Positions 59,764 through 64,000 of a stretch of 64,000 bases of DNA are shown here, piece by piece. The position numbers and the translations under genes are program-made. The notes under the pieces are model-generated. The model was given only the letters and a program-made list of their open reading frames with translations, had not been told where the DNA came from and searched no databases. This DNA is from Pirellulales bacterium (GTDB lineage: Bacteria > Planctomycetota > Planctomycetia > Pirellulales > JAICIG01). The stretch covers positions 10,539 to 74,538 of the forward strand of contig DASZTS010000116.1 in NCBI GenBank assembly GCA_035547915.1. The letters are read 5' to 3'. Numbering within the stretch: the first letter of the stretch is position 1; the number at the start of each line of letters is the position of its first letter.

Positions 59764-61191
59764 TTGCACTGCCGGCATTTTAAGGCTCCGCCGACCTCCC
59801 GCCGCCAAATGCTCGCCGATTGCGCGAACGGATTCGGCGCGCTGGCGTTGGCGGCCCTCTTGGGCGAGTATTCGGCCGGCAATGCGTCGGCCGCGACAAA
59901 CCCGCTGGCGCCGCGGGCGACCCATTTTCCGCCGCGGGCCACCAGCGTCATTTTCCTCTACATGGATGGCGGACCGTCGCAGGTCGATTCGTTCGATCCC
60001 AAGCCGCGGCTCGATCGCGAGCACGGCGAACCGATCAAGATGAAGGTACCCGCCACGCAATTCAACAACGTCGGCAAGGTGTTGAAGAGTCCCTGGCCCT
60101 TCCGCCAATACGGCGAGAGTGGCATCCCGGTGAGCGACCTCTTTCCGCACATCGCCACCTGCGTCGACGATTTGTGCATCGTGCGGTCGATGGTCTCGAA
60201 ATTCTCGGAGCACACGGCCGCCAACTATTTTCTGCACACGGGCTCGGGCGTGCAGGGGCGGCCCAGCGCGGGAAGCTGGTTGACGTACGGTCTGGGGAGT
60301 GAATGCCAGACGCTCCCCGGTTTCGTCGTGCTCAACGGGGGGCTGATTCCGGTCGGCGGCCTCGACAACTTTGGCAGTGGTTTTTTGCCGGCCTCGTACC
60401 AGGGGTCGGTGTTCAAGCACGGCAAACAGGCGGTCGAGAACGTCGAGCGCACCGAGCCGACCGCCGAGTTACAACTCGGCAAGCTGGATTTGCTGGCCCG
60501 GCTCGATCGGCAGCTCATCGAGCGTACGGGACCGAATGATCAACTCGAGGCGGCCATTGCCAACTATGAGTTGGCCTTCCGGATGCAGTCGGCCGTGCCC
60601 GAGCTGATGGATCTAAACCGAGAGACGGCCAGCACGAAGCAGCTCTATGGCATGGAAGCGGCCGACCCGCTCACGCGCGGATACGGGGCCCTCTGCCTGC
60701 TGGCGCGCAGGCTGGTCGAGCGCGGCGTGCGGTTCATCGAGCTGACGTGCCCCAACGTCGGCTCCGATCGGTGGGACCAACACGGCAACCTCAAGGACGG
60801 GCACGAAAAGAACGCTCGCGTGGTCGATCAGCCCATCGCGGGTCTGCTCAAGGATTTGCGGAGCCGCGGCCTGCTCGATTCGACCTTGGTCGTGTGGGGC
60901 GGTGAGTTCGGCCGAACTCCGATGGCGCAGGGGGCCGATGGCCGCGACCACAACCCGTTCGGCTTCACCATCTGGCTGGCCGGCGGCGGTGTAAAGGGAG
61001 GCCAGGTTTACGGTGCCACCGACGATTACGGCTACTATGCCGTCGAAAACCGGGTCGAGATCCACGACCTGCACGCGACGATGCTGCATCTGCTCGGGCT
61101 CGACCACACGCGACTCACGTTTCGCTTCGGCGGCCGCGACGTGCGGCTGACCGACGTACACGGGAATGTCATCCACGATTTGCTGGCCTGA
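59764..61191 (+). CDS. DUF1501 domain protein
   Basis: SRRQML Tat-like motif, MDGGPSQVDSFDPKP, WDQH, GEFGRTP, GRDH and RLTDV. Start uncertain (59728 or 59764). Confidence 0.94.
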   Translation: MHCRHFKAPPTSRRQMLADCANGFGALALAALLGEYSAGNASAATNPLAPRATHFPPRATSVIFLYMDGGPSQVDSFDPKPRLDREHGEPIKMKVPATQFNNVGKVLKSPWPFRQYGESGIPVSDLFPHIATCVDDLCIVRSMVSKFSEHTAANYFLHTGSGVQGRPSAGSWLTYGLGSECQTLPGFVVLNGGLIPVGGLDNFGSGFLPASYQGSVFKHGKQAVENVERTEPTAELQLGKLDLLARLDRQLIERTGPNDQLEAAIANYELAFRMQSAVPELMDLNRETASTKQLYGMEAADPLTRGYGALCLLARRLVERGVRFIELTCPNVGSDRWDQHGNLKDGHEKNARVVDQPIAGLLKDLRSRGLLDSTLVVWGGEFGRTPMAQGADGRDHNPFGFTIWLAGGGVKGGQVYGATDDYGYYAVENRVEIHDLHATMLHLLGLDHTRLTFRFGGRDVRLTDVHGNVIHDLLA

Positions 61192-61218
61192 CCGTGATGC
61201 GGCCAATGATGCGCGCTG

Positions 61219-61848
61219 TTAGCGGGCGCCGCCGGGTGTGGGAGACGCGTAGGGATCGCTACCGTTGTTACCGCGCGGCCAGCGGCCCGCCGGGGGAAGA
61301 ATGTAGTTCGGCCGTGCGCGGGCACCACCCGGCTCGGGCGATGAGTAAGGATTGCTGCCGTTATTTCCGCGCGGCCAGCGGCCGGCCGGAGGATAATCGC
61401 CACCGCGGTCGCGCGGTGCAAAGCCGGCTCCGCCCGGCCTGGCCGAGGCGTAGGGACTGCTCCCATTTTCGCCGCGCGGCCAGCGCACCTCGTGCTCGGA
61501 AGCCTGCCAAGTGCCTCGGTAGCGGTCCGGATCGTGGCTGTAGTCCGCCCTTCGATAGGCCCTCCACCGCCCGTTGTCGTAAACGGCCCAGGAATTCGAC
61601 GGGAGCCAATACCACCAGCGACCCTCGTGGTACCGGTAGCGCCAATTGATCGGTTGCGGTTTGTCCATCGCGGGGCTCGCGGATCGGCTCGTCACCGTCT
61701 CGTCACTCAGACTCTCTCCCCGTGCTCTGACGGGAGCAAGGGCCGTCGACGCGCCACAGGCCAAGGAAAGCAGCAGGTACGATGGGACGATATTTCGCGT
61801 AACTGACACGACGCGGCTCCGACAGATGACCGCCCTCGCAGGTATCAA
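61219..61848 (-). CDS. Putative secreted protein with a Trp-rich module and three C-terminal repeats
   Basis: Hydrophobic leader, WRYRYHEGRWWYWLPSNSWAVYDNGRW and 3 x RWPRG(E/N)NGSxPYxSxxPGGA. Start uncertain. Confidence 0.7.
   Translation of the reverse strand: MIPARAVICRSRVVSVTRNIVPSYLLLSLACGASTALAPVRARGESLSDETVTSRSASPAMDKPQPINWRYRYHEGRWWYWLPSNSWAVYDNGRWRAYRRADYSHDPDRYRGTWQASEHEVRWPRGENGSSPYASARPGGAGFAPRDRGGDYPPAGRWPRGNNGSNPYSSPEPGGARARPNYILPPAGRWPRGNNGSDPYASPTPGGAR
61222..61489 (-). repeat. Three degenerate coding tandem repeats (periods 96 and 105 bp)
   Basis: CCGCGCGGCCAGCG occurs at 61271, 61367 and 61472. Confidence 0.85.
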
Positions 61849-61925
61849 CCAAATGATACACTCTGGCGAACGGGCGGGGAGTTGGCCGATCGAAGCCGTG
61901 GTGGCACACCGCTCTCCGCAGGCAG

Positions 61926-62198
61926 CTATTCGCGAAGCGGCCGTTCCGTGAGATGATGACCCGCCAGGCGGGATACGTCCCGCAGGTCGTGTGCTTGGCT
62001 TCTGACCCAGGACGGCGCGCCCTCCAGGATCGGCGAATAGAATCGCTCGATCTGGCCGTGGGTCGTCATGTTGGCGCTAAAGGCTGCCCAGCAGAAGTAA
62101 ACCGGCCCGATGCTGATAACGTACACGAAGCATGCCAACCAGAGGCCCATGCCGAGCATCGCAGCTTGTACGGTCAGCCGGTTTCGCTTCTCCTTCAT
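61926..62198 (-). CDS. Small hypothetical membrane protein
   Basis: Basic N-terminus, TM helix ending YVISIGP, and FYSP. Confidence 0.6.
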   Translation of the reverse strand: MKEKRNRLTVQAAMLGMGLWLACFVYVISIGPVYFCWAAFSANMTTHGQIERFYSPILEGAPSWVRSQAHDLRDVSRLAGHHLTERPLRE

Positions 62199-62264
62199 TT
62201 GACGCACCGCCGAAATGCCGGCGGCCATTGTCGCGGTCGCCACGAGCGATCCCGGCCGTTCCTG

Positions 62265-63599
62265 CTAAGCGACGTCTTCGACTCCGTTGGAAAACGTCGG
62301 ATCGAGCAGCGCTGCGGCATGACCGTTGGCTTGGTGTAGGCGGATGGTGGTTCGACCGTCGCGGATCTGGCTCAAGTGCCGCTGCGGCAGTCGGCAATGG
62401 ACGATCACCCGCGTCTCGGAAAACTGCTGCGACAGCACCTCGCCGTTGGCCGAAAGGTAGGCCAGCAGCCGGCCGTTGCCCACCTCGGTTTCCACATCGA
62501 TGTCGAGAAAGTCGCGACTCAGCATCTCGCTGACGACGCTCGACAACCGTTCGAGCCCCTGGCCGCGGCGGGCACTGATGCCGACTGCATGCGGATACCG
62601 ATGGAACAGCCCGTCCAGCCGCGAGCGGTCGTCCAAGGCGTCGATCTTGTTCAGCACGAGCAGCGTGTTCTTCTCTTGGATGCCGAGTTCCTCGAACACC
62701 CGGTACACCGACGAAATCTGATCGTACACCGCCGGGCTACTGGCGTCGGCGACGTGCAGAAGCAGGTCCGCCTGCCGCGCCTCCTCCAACGTGGCCTTGA
62801 AGCTGGCCACGAGTTGGTGCGGCAGGTCGCGGATGAATCCGACCGTGTCGCTCAGTAGTACGGGTCCCCAGCCTGGGAGCTGCCAACGGCGCGTGCGCGT
62901 GTCGAGCGTGGCGAAGAGCTGGTCTTGGGCCAGCACACTGGCCCCGGTGAGCGTGTTCAAGAGCGTGCTCTTGCCGGCGTTTGTATATCCGACAAGGGAC
63001 ACGGTGCGATGTCCCACTCGCGACGCCACCTGCCGCTCCTTGCGGCGTTCGATCTCGGCCAGCTCGGCTTGGAGGTCGTGGATGCGTTTTTCGGCTAAGC
63101 GTCGGTCAACTTCGAGCTGCTTTTCGCCAGGGCCGCGCATGCCGATGCCCATCTTCAACCGCGAGAGGTGCGTCCACATCCGTTTCAGACGGGGGAGCGA
63201 GTATTGGAGCTGCGCCAACTCGACGGCCAGACGGGCCTCGTGCGTCTGAGCGCGGCTGGCGAAGATGTCCAATATCAGCTCGGTGCGGTCGAGCACCTTG
63301 AGGTTGGTGGCCTGTTCGAGGTTGCGGGTCTGGGCCGGCGACAGGTCGTTGTCGAACACCACGACGTCGGCATCGCGTGACTCACCAAGCACGCGCAACT
63401 CGTCGACCTTGCCACTGCCCAGATAGGTGGTCTTGTCGGGCGCTTCGCGGCGTTGCGTGAGAGAACCCACCACGCGAGCCCCGGCCGATTCGGCCAAGCC
63501 CCTCAATTCCTCGAGGGGATCGCCATAATATTGCCGTCCGGGAAGCATTACGCCTACCAGCAGCGCCGCCTCACTGACGACGCTGTCGGCGCGATTCAT
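62265..63599 (-). CDS. hflX: GTPase HflX
   Basis: GSGKVDEL, LILDIF, GPGE, GYTNAGKS, LFATLD, DTVGF and NKID. Confidence 0.98.
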   Translation of the reverse strand: MNRADSVVSEAALLVGVMLPGRQYYGDPLEELRGLAESAGARVVGSLTQRREAPDKTTYLGSGKVDELRVLGESRDADVVVFDNDLSPAQTRNLEQATNLKVLDRTELILDIFASRAQTHEARLAVELAQLQYSLPRLKRMWTHLSRLKMGIGMRGPGEKQLEVDRRLAEKRIHDLQAELAEIERRKERQVASRVGHRTVSLVGYTNAGKSTLLNTLTGASVLAQDQLFATLDTRTRRWQLPGWGPVLLSDTVGFIRDLPHQLVASFKATLEEARQADLLLHVADASSPAVYDQISSVYRVFEELGIQEKNTLLVLNKIDALDDRSRLDGLFHRYPHAVGISARRGQGLERLSSVVSEMLSRDFLDIDVETEVGNGRLLAYLSANGEVLSQQFSETRVIVHCRLPQRHLSQIRDGRTTIRLHQANGHAAALLDPTFSNGVEDVA

Positions 63600-63750
63600 G
63601 TCGGTCGCGATACGTAGAGCCCTCCGCTAGCCTGATCTCGGTAAGCAGCCCACGCCCCTATGCAAGTATACCCTATCCGGCGAAGAGACAAATCAAAGAC
63701 GCAACAGGTTCGGTGATGTTCTTTCCAGCGATGGATTACGGCCGCGCAAC

Positions 63751-63797
63751 AAAAAGCCGCGTCGGATCGAAACCGTGACGTGGCTCGGACGCGGCTT
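63751..63797 (-). terminator. Putative intrinsic terminator after the SDR gene
   Basis: Minus strand AAGCCGCGTC ... GACGCGGC followed by TTTTTGTT. The loop is large. Confidence 0.55.
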
Positions 63798-63824
63798 GAA
63801 TTACCCCCATGTCGGCCGACTGTC

Positions 63825-64000
63825 TCAAAAATAATCCTGGCTGGTGGGCTTGATGACCAACTCGGGAATGTGTGCCCGAGCCGGCAGGCAGGCGATCATG
63901 ACCACGGCGGCCGCCACGTCCTCGGGCTTCAGAATGCGGGCCCGGTGTTCGGCGCTGACCGGCTTCGGCCGGTTTTCCAAGATCGGGGTGTCGACCTCGC
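63825..64000 (-). CDS. SDR oxidoreductase, 3' end (partial; runs off the window)
   Basis: Translated by hand: EVDTPILENRPKPVSAEHRARILKPEDVAAAVVMIACLPARAHIPELVIKPTSQDYF-stop. Confidence 0.85.
   Translation of the reverse strand, partial: EVDTPILENRPKPVSAEHRARILKPEDVAAAVVMIACLPARAHIPELVIKPTSQDYF

Overview
GC-rich bacterial chromosome segment. It is very probably from Planctomycetota (Pirellulales-like), inferred from the DUF1559, DUF1501, CRTAC1/ASPIC-UnbV and sulfatase genes. Housekeeping genes (glnE, miaB, hemB, hemL, sodA, nrdR, hflX, tRNA-Arg(ACG)) are mixed with lineage-typical secreted and hypothetical proteins. No transposase, integrase, CRISPR array or rRNA was seen. The most notable signals are: (1) five dispersed copies of a 98-99 bp hairpin MITE with 17-bp terminal inverted repeats and TAA/TTA target duplications, three of them at stop codons in the same orientation relative to the gene; (2) an 8-gene nucleotide-sugar operon plus a divergent glycosyltransferase (33.3-44.7 kb) with two different thiamine-diphosphate carboligation systems, suggesting a branched or higher-carbon sugar, in which 6 of 9 proteins end in Ala-Ala; (3) a peptidase C26-family protein lacking its catalytic cysteine, behind a long leader with CsrA-type GGA hairpins; (4) an uncalled 59-aa membrane protein upstream of miaB; (5) a small, probably secreted protein with three RWPRG(N/E)NGSxPY repeats. 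All family calls come from motif recognition by eye; no database searches were run.
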